Assembly: GCA_964637355.1 (NCBI GenBank)
Contig: CAZWVG010000004.1
Span: 1,517 to 65,516 of the forward strand
Source: an uncultured Gemmatimonadaceae bacterium
GTDB taxonomy: Bacteria > Gemmatimonadota > Gemmatimonadetes > Gemmatimonadales > Gemmatimonadaceae
DNA length: 64,000 nt
Reading direction: 5' to 3'
The translations under genes were made by a program, and so were the position numbers. Below the pieces are notes generated by a model. It was not told where the DNA came from. It made no database searches and saw only the letters and a list, made by a program, of their open reading frames with translations. Each line of letters starts with the position of its first letter. The stretch's first letter is position 1. This document shows positions 43,368 through 51,717 of this stretch, in pieces.

Positions 43368-45324
43368 CGGCCACTTCTGCAAGCACCTCAGACTCTACAT
43401 ATCGCTTGAATGACGCGTCGTCGGTAAAGCAGCGAAAGCCTGCTTGGCTCGCAAGCGTCACGGTGGCGAGTTCCTCATTGAGGAGCACGACCACAGGCTG
43501 ACTGAGCTCTTCCTGCAGGCCGTTAGGCCAGGCAAGATCGAGGACCGCCAACTGTTCTCCGCTGTTGGAATCGGCCAACTCGAACGACATCACGCCGCGC
43601 GGTAGCCCGCACGATTCCACCCACTCATTCATCTCCTCGAGCGCTTCCTCCTCCTCTTCGCTGCTGATACCGCCGCGGACGGCGAGTGGTGTCGGAAGTG
43701 TCGCGGACGCGCCGGCGAGCCATCGTACATCACCGTGCAACAGTTCTTCCATGCGGCGATTGAGTTCGGCTGCCAACAGCACCTTGCGGGCCTCGAGGAA
43801 GTCCCGGAACCGCTCGATCTTCCAGAGCGCGGGATCATCCGGTATCCACTGCGAGGCGAGCGCACCCTTGTGCGCCGCCTCGACCTTCGGGAAGTAGTCT
43901 TCCGGGAGGCGATCGGTGATGCGCAGGTTGGTGTCCTTGGTCAGGAAGCAGAAGTTCGCGAGTGCGTTCACCTCTGCCCGCTTGTAGTTGCGCTTGTAGA
44001 GTTGAGCCTTCGGGAAGATGTGGTGTACCTCCAACCGACTCATCCTCCCCAGCAGACTCGCCTTGAGCGGGAGGCCAGTGCCCCAGTCACGCGATTCACC
44101 CATTCGCGTTAGCAGATAGAGCACCGGATAGAAGCGCGCGCCAAGGCTCCAGCCGGTAAAGTGGCCCGCTTCTGCGCGGAGGCCGCCGTGCCAGAGTCGT
44201 AGTTGTTCGAGCAGCTTGTCGAGGCCACCGTCTGCGCCCTCGAGCGCGGCAAGGTCCTGATCGATGAATGATTCCGTCGAGCCCGAGAAGCGCCCCCACA
44301 TCGCTGCCTGCACATACCAGAAGAGCAACTTGTCGCGCTCGTGCTCATTCATCGGGCCAAGCCGATTCGCCAGTCGCTGGTCGAGATAGCGCACCATCAC
44401 CGGCACGCCAAATCGTCCGAAGAAAACCTGGTCGTGGTCGAGCCCGAGCCGGCCGGCGATCAGATTCAGGCTGGTCTCGATGTGCCGCGTCGTGCGCGCG
44501 AGCGCCTCCTGTACCTCAGCCGCAGACTTCTCGTGGAGGTACAGAAACTTGGCCTCGCCGGTGAGCACAGTGTTCACCGACCGAAGCAACCAGTCGAGCG
44601 AGAAGTGGTAGTCGCTCTGCGCCCATGACTTGAGGGTGGTCTTCATCGTATCACGCCCCTCTGGCCAGTCGGCGCAGATCTTCGCGAGCGCAAGATCTCC
44701 CTTGGAGAGTTTGGTTCCCCCGCTGTTCACGCGGTTGAAGATGTCGACGACTACGTCGAGCGACTTGTCAGTCCCAGTGACCTCCTCGATGTGCAGATCC
44801 ACGTCGATGATTCCGAGCAGCCGGCTCAAGCGAGCGACGTAGTCGCCGACCTTGGCGGAGAGCTGCGGCTGCGCCGTTAGGCGCGTGACGAACAGTCCGA
44901 GTCCCGACGTACCTTGCGCCATCAGCTCCGTCACGTCGATCCAGCGCGGATCGTCCTTCATCTTCGCCGGCTGGTAGAACTCGAAGCGTTCGTCTTCCAG
45001 GTGGAAGCGAAGTCCGGTAAACGCCTTGGCGTTGCCGTCGAAGAAGCGCGGGGGCTTGCCGCGTACGACGCCGTAGAGCGACGTCATGCGCTGCTGTCCA
45101 TCGAGCAACAGCTTTACGATGCCGGCAGCCAACGGGCCGTCGCCGCGATGCGTGGCCGTCAAGGACTCGGTTGCCCACACGAGCAGTCCACCGACGGGAT
45201 GCCGGCGATAGAGCGAGTCGAAGAGTCCGCGAACCTGGTCGCGATTCCAGACGTAGCCACGCTGGAACTCGGGCAGTGCCATGTGGCCGCTGTCGATGTG
45301 GTCGAGGATGGTGGAGATCTTCAT
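43360..45324 (-). CDS. DUF262 (ParB-like NTPase) + His-Me/DUF1524-like nuclease, GmrSD/BrxU-type, with an extra ~150-aa C-terminal domain
   Basis: 'LPEFQRGYVWNRDQV', 'LLDGQQRMTSL' and later 'LEVHHIFPKAQLY...NALANFCFLTKDTN'. Confidence 0.8.
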   Translation of the reverse strand: MKISTILDHIDSGHMALPEFQRGYVWNRDQVRGLFDSLYRRHPVGGLLVWATESLTATHRGDGPLAAGIVKLLLDGQQRMTSLYGVVRGKPPRFFDGNAKAFTGLRFHLEDERFEFYQPAKMKDDPRWIDVTELMAQGTSGLGLFVTRLTAQPQLSAKVGDYVARLSRLLGIIDVDLHIEEVTGTDKSLDVVVDIFNRVNSGGTKLSKGDLALAKICADWPEGRDTMKTTLKSWAQSDYHFSLDWLLRSVNTVLTGEAKFLYLHEKSAAEVQEALARTTRHIETSLNLIAGRLGLDHDQVFFGRFGVPVMVRYLDQRLANRLGPMNEHERDKLLFWYVQAAMWGRFSGSTESFIDQDLAALEGADGGLDKLLEQLRLWHGGLRAEAGHFTGWSLGARFYPVLYLLTRMGESRDWGTGLPLKASLLGRMSRLEVHHIFPKAQLYKRNYKRAEVNALANFCFLTKDTNLRITDRLPEDYFPKVEAAHKGALASQWIPDDPALWKIERFRDFLEARKVLLAAELNRRMEELLHGDVRWLAGASATLPTPLAVRGGISSEEEEEALEEMNEWVESCGLPRGVMSFELADSNSGEQLAVLDLAWPNGLQEELSQPVVVLLNEELATVTLASQAGFRCFTDDASFKRYVESEVLAEVADA

Positions 45325-45334
45325 GGATGTCGAA

Positions 45335-46063
45335 TCATGTCGCGGTAACAGGAACCCAGATCCAACCTTCGCCCTGCGTCACCTCGTCCGGTGGTGGAAC
45401 AAGGAGCTCGCGCCGAGTATCGAAGAGGTGCGCGATCACGGCGCAGATGCGAGCGTCATCCTTATCATCGTGCCCCAGCGAGGGTTGGCCGCCGAGGACT
45501 GCGGTGACGGCCGGTGTGCTACGGCTGGCGGCGGGATACGTCTCGATCGCGCGAAACCCATCACCATCGGTCCAAATGCCGCAGCTCTCGACGTGTGGTG
45601 CGAACTTGGCCAGGACGTGCATCCCTTTCGTTGCCTGGCTTCCGATCATGTCCTTGACCGCCGACAACGGACTCTTGCCGCGCTCGAAGAGGTAGCGTTC
45701 GGTGTAGCGGAACAAGTAGCGATTCAGCCCCGACGTTTTGTGGGGCTCGACGTAGCCCTGCCGGGAGATCAGGCGCACGAACTCGATCGGGAAGCCGAGC
45801 GGTGTGTCGATCGCCATGGTGATGCGCGGCGGCACTGCGGGATAGGGCGCGCGGCACTTGGTGAAGAGTGCACGGAGCCAGTCGCTGATGCTGCGTGACG
45901 AGGCGATGCACTCACGCAGGTTGCCGCGCCAAGGTGTTCCGACGATGGCCAGACTCTCGTCGAGAATGACGATCGCATCGCGGCTCGCGCCGTTCTTGTC
46001 GCAATTCCAGCCGCCGACGTCCCAGCCGATGAAGAACGACGGTCGCTCGATCTCGTTCTTCAT
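45335..46063 (-). CDS. DUF429-like predicted RNase-H-fold nuclease
   Basis: 'FFIGWDVGGWNC' (first strand with Asp), 'AIETYPAAS', 'HDDKDDARICAVIAHLF'. The family call is from memory. ATGA overlap with the hsdS stop. Confidence 0.5.
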   Translation of the reverse strand: MKNEIERPSFFIGWDVGGWNCDKNGASRDAIVILDESLAIVGTPWRGNLRECIASSRSISDWLRALFTKCRAPYPAVPPRITMAIDTPLGFPIEFVRLISRQGYVEPHKTSGLNRYLFRYTERYLFERGKSPLSAVKDMIGSQATKGMHVLAKFAPHVESCGIWTDGDGFRAIETYPAASRSTPAVTAVLGGQPSLGHDDKDDARICAVIAHLFDTRRELLVPPPDEVTQGEGWIWVPVTAT

Positions 46064-47313
46064 ACCAGCCGAGTCTTCCCGGTGAGCAGCTCCTGCATCA
46101 TCCCCTGCTTGAGCCCGCGAGTCTTGTCGCGGCGGGCTTCGAGGGCAGCGATCTCCGCATCCATGTCCGTGAGCACCTCCGCGATCGCAACCTGCTCGGT
46201 CACCGACGGCAAACGCATCTCGACACTGGCCACGTGCGCCCGAGTCGTCGCGTACACCTTCGTCCCGGCGGCGAGTCGCCGGAGTTGAGAGGCAAACGCC
46301 GGGCAGAACTGAAGGAAGCCCTTGAAGCCATCGGCCAGCACCGACTTGTCGAATCGCGCGGCAATCGTGTGCAGTCCCGCCACGACCTCGGCGGAGCCCA
46401 CACCCTTCATCTCCACTGACTTGCTCACCCCGGCGACGTCCTCCGACGCATCCGCGATCACCAGGTCACCGTCCTGCAGACGCGCGAGGCGCGCGGCCTT
46501 CGCTTCCGGAAGGCATGGCAGCAAGCCCGGCGTCATGAAAGAGTCGCCGGCGGCGTGCACGTCACCGTAGTGGACGTCTCTGACTCTTCCCTCGGGGAGA
46601 AGCTCGGCGCGCGAGTTGACTCCATTCCGCAGAAACGTGACGTGGTCCCCCAACCGCCTCACCTCCCACTCCCCACCAAACCCCGGCAGCCGCGTCTTCC
46701 CGGTGAGCAGTTGCTGCATGGCCGCCTGCTTGAGATCGCGTTTCTTGGCGTTGAGCCGCTCCAGCCCGTCCAGCAGCGCATCCATATCGCTCAAGGCGGA
46801 GGCGATGGCGCGTTGCTCGGCGAAGGTCGGCGGAAGTGGGACCTGTATCGAACGCACCTGACTGAAGTTCAGTCCTTGTCGATTTCCTCCAGCTTGGAAG
46901 CTGTCAACTTGCCGCTGACCGCCGGATGAGAGAAGAAATTGGCAGAGGTACTGCGGATCCAAAGACTGAGCTGCTGTGCGGACGACGCACACGTGCTGAT
47001 TGACGTTGCCACCTTCGAGTCGGGCGTCGGCGACCGCGCAGCGACCGATCGAAGCACCGGTGATGTTTAGGAGGACGTCGCCACGTTGCAGCTCGGTGTC
47101 AGGGAAGGTCGCGTGCGTCGAATCGTCGATGAACGCAATGTCATCGAGCAACAAGACTCCCCACCCAACATTCTGACTTCGCACAAAAGGGCGACCCGCA
47201 TTCCTGTATACGCGTTGCCCGCCGCTCGGCGTAACCCCGCTACCAACCTTCACCGCGCGTTCGCCAATCGACTCGACTGTCCATTCTGCCGGAAGGATGC
47301 CGATGGCCGTCAT
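46060..47313 (-). CDS. hsdS: type I R-M specificity subunit with two target-recognition domains
   Basis: Central 'FAEQRAIASALSDMDALLDGLERLNAKKRDLKQAAMQQLLTGKTRLPGF' and C-terminal 'TEQVAIAEVLTDMDAEIAALEARRDKTRGLKQGMMQELLTGKTRL' conserved repeats. A 17-nt identical DNA repeat occurs at 46073 and 46694. ATG at 47313 (alternative GTG at 47337). Confidence 0.9.
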   Translation of the reverse strand: MTAIGILPAEWTVESIGERAVKVGSGVTPSGGQRVYRNAGRPFVRSQNVGWGVLLLDDIAFIDDSTHATFPDTELQRGDVLLNITGASIGRCAVADARLEGGNVNQHVCVVRTAAQSLDPQYLCQFLLSSGGQRQVDSFQAGGNRQGLNFSQVRSIQVPLPPTFAEQRAIASALSDMDALLDGLERLNAKKRDLKQAAMQQLLTGKTRLPGFGGEWEVRRLGDHVTFLRNGVNSRAELLPEGRVRDVHYGDVHAAGDSFMTPGLLPCLPEAKAARLARLQDGDLVIADASEDVAGVSKSVEMKGVGSAEVVAGLHTIAARFDKSVLADGFKGFLQFCPAFASQLRRLAAGTKVYATTRAHVASVEMRLPSVTEQVAIAEVLTDMDAEIAALEARRDKTRGLKQGMMQELLTGKTRLV

Positions 47314-47327
47314 CTTGTATCCCCGCT

Positions 47328-49748
47328 TCACCTCCACGCTGATCTCATCGACTTGAGGTGATCGTCAACCCGCACTGAATGCCCCGCCACGTTGTCGACG
47401 AGCGTTTGCAGCGGAGTCACGTATCGCTCCGCCAGCTCGCGAAGTCGACTGGTTAGTCTCTGAGACACACGATCCAGCTCCCCATTCACCTCAGCCGACA
47501 ACCGCGCCATCCACTTCTCGTCCACAACCAGCGTCTTCACCTCCCCCTCGGTCAGTGTCGGATACTTGTCATACGACAACCCGTCGAGCGCCGCCTCCAG
47601 CTCCCTCACCGCACGCTTGAGTGAGGCCTCACTCTCGGAGAGTTCCAGCCAGCGCTTCAGCACCGCCGCTTCGTCCTTCGCCTCCTTGTCGCCCTTGATC
47701 TCCTTCAACCGCGCGTTGACCTCCGCCTTGGCCACCTTGTCGAGCGCGCCGAAGTATCCCTCCTCGCCACCGTGCTCCTCCTCCATCTCGGCGAGTTCCG
47801 AGGTGAGTCCCTCCAGCGCCACCTGCATCGTCTCGACCGCCTCCTGCTCCTTCGCGAAGCACTGCGCGACGAGCAACGGCTTGGGAACCAGGTCGCACGC
47901 CCACCCCTTGTCCTTCCGCTTCCCCTTCTTGTCGGTCTCTACGATGCGCGCGGTGCGCGCCACCCAGCCGTCGGCGGCGATGAGGTAGCAGTCGTCCTGC
48001 ATCGTCTCGCCCCAGAAGTCCATCAGGTGCTGGTAGACGTCGTAGGAATCGAGCAGCGGTGCCCCCTTGAAGGCATCGAGCAGCCGCTCGGCGATGGACT
48101 CGATGAGCGTCCTGGGATGGCCCCCCTTGTCGAACGCCGTGAGCTGCAACGTGGCGTCGTGGCGCCAGCGGTCGAAGCGCTCGCGCGACAGCCGGTTGAA
48201 GGCGGCGAACTCCTCGTGCTCGAGGATGGCCTTCTTCACCTCGCCGATCGGGAGCCTGAGCTGCGAGTACCCCGGGCGTCCGGCCGACTCGAACAGCACC
48301 GCGCGCACGGACGGCAGCACTTCCCAGTAGGTGCCGAGTGCGTCAAGGTCGCGATTGGGGATCCCTCCGCGCAGGTGGCCCTCGATGTCCTGCAGGTCCT
48401 CCGGCTCGCTCGTGTCGACGTAGCGCGGGAGGTTGAGGTTGAAGTCGTTCTTCGCATCGGCGATCTCGTCCAGCGGCACCAGGCGCGCGTAGCGCGGAAC
48501 GTCTACCTGCTTGCGGAAAGTGTCGACGATGCGATGGATGTCCTGCTCGCGCAGCCGGTTCTTGTTCCCGTCCTTGATGAACCCCTTGCTCGCGTCAATC
48601 ATGAAAACGCCCTTGCGTGCCGCTGCGTTCTCCTTGTCGAGCACCAGAATGCAGGCGGGGATCCCCGTGCCGTAGAACAAGTTCGCCGGGAGCCCGATGA
48701 TTCCCTTGAGTATCCCGGAGCGCACCAGCTTCTCGCGGATCGCTGCCTCGGCGTTGCCGCGGAAGAGCACGCCGTGTGGAAGGATGCAGGCTCCTTTCCC
48801 TGCGCTCCTGAGGGAGCGGATGATGTGCAGCAGGAAGGCATAGTCTCCCTGCTTGGCCGGCGGCACTCCCCAGGCAAAGCGTTGCCATGGGTCGTTGTCA
48901 GGCGTTAGGCCAACGCTCCACGTCTTGACCGAGAACGGCGGATTGGCGACGACGTAGTCGTAGGTGCGCAGCTGCTCGCCGTCCTTGAACTTGGGCGCGG
49001 CAAGCGTGTTCCCCTGCTGGATGTTGGCCGTGGGGAAGTCGTGCAGGATCATGTTCATGCGCGCGAGACCGGCGGTGGTCACGTCCATCTCCTGCCCTTC
49101 CAGCGTGATGTGCTTTCCCGCCTGCGCGGCGACCTTGAGCAGCAGCGAGCCCGAGCCGCACGTCGGGTCGTACGCGGTCGTCGATGCCTTGGTGTTCTGC
49201 GCCGAGATACCGATCACCTGGGCGATCACGCGGCTCACCTCGGCCGGCGTGTAGAACTGCCCTTTGCTCTTGCCACTCTCGGTGGCGAAGTGGCGCATCA
49301 GATATTCGTAGGCGTCGCCGAGAATGTCGTCGTGGTCGGCGCGGTTCTGCGAGAAGTCGAGCTCCGGCTTCTCGAAGATCGCGATCAGATCCGACAGGCG
49401 ATCCACCATCGCCTTCCCTTCGCCCAGCTTGTTGGGATCGTTGAAGTCGGGAAAGTCGCTGCGCGCCAGCCGCTCGTTCGCCTCGATGAGGGGCTGGATG
49501 ACCTGCGTGTTGATCCTGTCGCCGATGTCGCTCCTTCCCTTGAGCGCCACCATGTCCGCGAAGCTCGAGCCCTTCGGGATGATGACGGGCGGCGCGAAGT
49601 CTCTGCTGTTCCCGTACTTGTCGCTGATGTACTTGATGAACAGCATGAACAGGACGTAGTCCTTGTACTGACTTGCATCCATGCCGCCGCGCAGCGCGTC
49701 ACACGACGCCCAGATGGAGGAGTAGAGATCGGACTTCTTTAGTGCCAT
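47328..49748 (-). CDS. hsdM: type I R-M N6-adenine DNA methyltransferase subunit, long form with a ~300-aa coiled-coil C-terminal extension
   Basis: HsdM N-domain 'LYSSIWASCDALRGGMDASQYKDYVLFMLFIKYISDKY', AdoMet 'AYDPTCGSGSLL', catalytic 'VVANPPFS'. Confidence 0.95.
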   Translation of the reverse strand: MALKKSDLYSSIWASCDALRGGMDASQYKDYVLFMLFIKYISDKYGNSRDFAPPVIIPKGSSFADMVALKGRSDIGDRINTQVIQPLIEANERLARSDFPDFNDPNKLGEGKAMVDRLSDLIAIFEKPELDFSQNRADHDDILGDAYEYLMRHFATESGKSKGQFYTPAEVSRVIAQVIGISAQNTKASTTAYDPTCGSGSLLLKVAAQAGKHITLEGQEMDVTTAGLARMNMILHDFPTANIQQGNTLAAPKFKDGEQLRTYDYVVANPPFSVKTWSVGLTPDNDPWQRFAWGVPPAKQGDYAFLLHIIRSLRSAGKGACILPHGVLFRGNAEAAIREKLVRSGILKGIIGLPANLFYGTGIPACILVLDKENAAARKGVFMIDASKGFIKDGNKNRLREQDIHRIVDTFRKQVDVPRYARLVPLDEIADAKNDFNLNLPRYVDTSEPEDLQDIEGHLRGGIPNRDLDALGTYWEVLPSVRAVLFESAGRPGYSQLRLPIGEVKKAILEHEEFAAFNRLSRERFDRWRHDATLQLTAFDKGGHPRTLIESIAERLLDAFKGAPLLDSYDVYQHLMDFWGETMQDDCYLIAADGWVARTARIVETDKKGKRKDKGWACDLVPKPLLVAQCFAKEQEAVETMQVALEGLTSELAEMEEEHGGEEGYFGALDKVAKAEVNARLKEIKGDKEAKDEAAVLKRWLELSESEASLKRAVRELEAALDGLSYDKYPTLTEGEVKTLVVDEKWMARLSAEVNGELDRVSQRLTSRLRELAERYVTPLQTLVDNVAGHSVRVDDHLKSMRSAWR

Positions 49749-49796
49749 TCGGTGAGTTGGGCTAAGTATTGCGTGCAGCGGGCGCCCGAATCGGGG

Positions 49797-50648
49797 TCAG
49801 GCGCTGGCTTGCGCGGCTTGCAGTTCGTTGAGTGTGCGGCCGTCCTTTGCTTTCCACGCGTCGCGTCCATTTGCACTGCGGCCGAGAATCACACCGGCGG
49901 CCGAACTTGGCGAGGGGAACACATAGTTCTGCGTGAAGACGTACCTGTCTTTTCCCGCCTTGAGTACGCCGTTCTCGGCGAGTGCAGCTCGCAGTTCGAC
50001 TATGTACGGATAACAGGACTTGACCTCGTCCAATGCGGCTTCGCTCCCTGTGAGGACGACGAAGCCCTCGGCGGTCTCGAATCCCCGTGCTGTCACGCCG
50101 CGTCCGCTCATCGAGAGTTCCGGCGCAGCGGGCGCCTGTAGCGCTACAGTCGAGAAGACGCCGAGTCCAAGGACCGGGAAGCACATCAGCGCTTCTTCGA
50201 GAAAGCCCTCAGCCTCCGCAGCGTCCGATTCGGATAGCGAGGGAAGGGCGGGGCGATTGCCGTTGTCGAGCGTGCAGCGCTTGGCTTTGTCAGCCAGGTC
50301 GACCAAGCGGGACTCGAGGAACTGAACGTGCGCCTTGTTGAGGTTCTCGTCCTTGCTGGTGAAGGCGAAGCAGGTCGTCCAGAAGTCCTTGTTCGCCGCG
50401 TGCTGCTCGAGCCGAGGGCGAATCGGATCGCCTTCTCCGACGTAGACGCGCGGTAGGCCGGACTCTTCGGGCGGGCCGACGAGGACGTAGACTCCAGTTC
50501 GCGTCATCTCCCGTCGGTGCCTCCCCTCCGGGAAGAGAGGGCGCGGTATCAGCAGCCCGGCGCCGCTCCAATTGGACTTCTCGATGATGCGGATCCCCTC
50601 GGGATCGCCGGCGGGGACGAAGATCTTGATGGTGTAGGGTCGCGGCAT
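49797..50648 (-). CDS. GIY-YIG nuclease-like protein with a DUF4357-type C-terminal domain
   Basis: 'TGVYVLVG...VYVGEGDPIRPRLEQH...' is GIY-YIG-like. C-terminal 'AEGFVVLTGSEA...' resembles DUF4357. It is the first gene of the minus-strand chain. Confidence 0.6.
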   Translation of the reverse strand: MPRPYTIKIFVPAGDPEGIRIIEKSNWSGAGLLIPRPLFPEGRHRREMTRTGVYVLVGPPEESGLPRVYVGEGDPIRPRLEQHAANKDFWTTCFAFTSKDENLNKAHVQFLESRLVDLADKAKRCTLDNGNRPALPSLSESDAAEAEGFLEEALMCFPVLGLGVFSTVALQAPAAPELSMSGRGVTARGFETAEGFVVLTGSEAALDEVKSCYPYIVELRAALAENGVLKAGKDRYVFTQNYVFPSPSSAAGVILGRSANGRDAWKAKDGRTLNELQAAQASA

Positions 50649-50982
50649 GACGATCACTCACCGCCGAAATGACAGCGGTCATCTGGGCATCGCCCGTGTG
50701 AGGCGCTCCGAGCTTGGCGCGGTTCGCGCTCGCATCGCGGCGTTGCTGTCACTTCTCCCCCACCCCCCTGTCTCCGCATCGCGCGCTCCGGTGACCAGCT
50801 CTCGGACGTCCGACCTGACCGAGCCACGATAACCACGGGTACCGACAGCGGCCAGAACCGTGGTTCCGGGGAATCGACCGAACTCCTCGGCACAAGCACC
50901 ACGCCTCTCCAGCGAACACGCTGCCGGAAGCGTGGCCGGTCGCGACGGCAAGGGAAACATCTGAGCTGGCGCAGAAACTATA

Positions 50983-51053
50983 CAGTACTTGCCATAGGAC
51001 AGTAAGTAGCACATAGTACTGTCAGTACTGCCATTAACACCTCACAGGACTGC
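50983..51053 (+). promoter_or_regulatory. array of four operator-like decamers in the AT-rich spacer upstream of 51057
   Basis: CAGTACTTGCC (50983), TAGTACTGTC (51014), CAGTACTGCC (51023), CAGGACTGCC (51044). Three contain the palindrome AGTACT. Spacings are 31, 9 and 21 bp. Confidence 0.5.
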
Positions 51054-51056
51054 CCA

Positions 51057-51632
51057 ATGGGAAAGATCTCAATCGACGTCGATCAGGAGGTGTTCGAGCA
51101 TCTGCAGGGACGCGCCACGCCGTTTGTCGACAGTCCCAACGATGTACTGCGCCGCCTTCTTCTGACGCCGCTACCCGAAGTTCCGGAGGCGTCGAGGACT
51201 CGACAGCGAGCTACCTCAGCTGAGCGACGTGCGGCGAGACACGGTGGCCCGGTGCCGGCCGACGCCTTCGTCTCGCGAGTGATTCATCAGGAGCTCGGCG
51301 AGGGCTTCAAACGCCGCCCGCCGTTCCGGATGATGTTCGAATCGAAAGACGCGCTGGCGTATTTCCAGAACTTCAACAAGGAGACGGATCATCTCTGGTA
51401 TCGGGTGACCCAGAATCCTTGGCGCGAACTCACGTCAGCGCGGAAGAAGGCATGGCTCTGCCTCAGCAACCCCGCCGAGGGTTACTGCTACGTGATCCCC
51501 GTTTCCGAAATCCAGGCGCAGGTGCAGCGCGCGCGCTGGAGCCGTCCGTATCTGGAGGTCAACATCGATCCGGCCACCTCACGCTGGACGGAACTCGATT
51601 GGCGGCTGGATCAGTATCTCGTTCGTGCCTAA
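51057..51632 (+). CDS. hypothetical protein with a SeqA-N/Arc-like ribbon-helix-helix N-terminus
   Basis: 'ISIDVDQEVFEHLQGRATPFVDSPNDVLRRLL' parallels the SeqA N-terminal pattern I.vD.e.y.yi....ges.sdiLRR.L. The C-terminal 110 aa are unassigned. Confidence 0.45.
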   Translation: MGKISIDVDQEVFEHLQGRATPFVDSPNDVLRRLLLTPLPEVPEASRTRQRATSAERRAARHGGPVPADAFVSRVIHQELGEGFKRRPPFRMMFESKDALAYFQNFNKETDHLWYRVTQNPWRELTSARKKAWLCLSNPAEGYCYVIPVSEIQAQVQRARWSRPYLEVNIDPATSRWTELDWRLDQYLVRA

Positions 51633-51717
51633 CAATAGTCTGCGAGAATTTCGGCGTCGTTGAGCGCTGACTGACTCGAGTGGCTCGCTGAGACGTCGAT
51701 CAACTTTCGACCAACTA

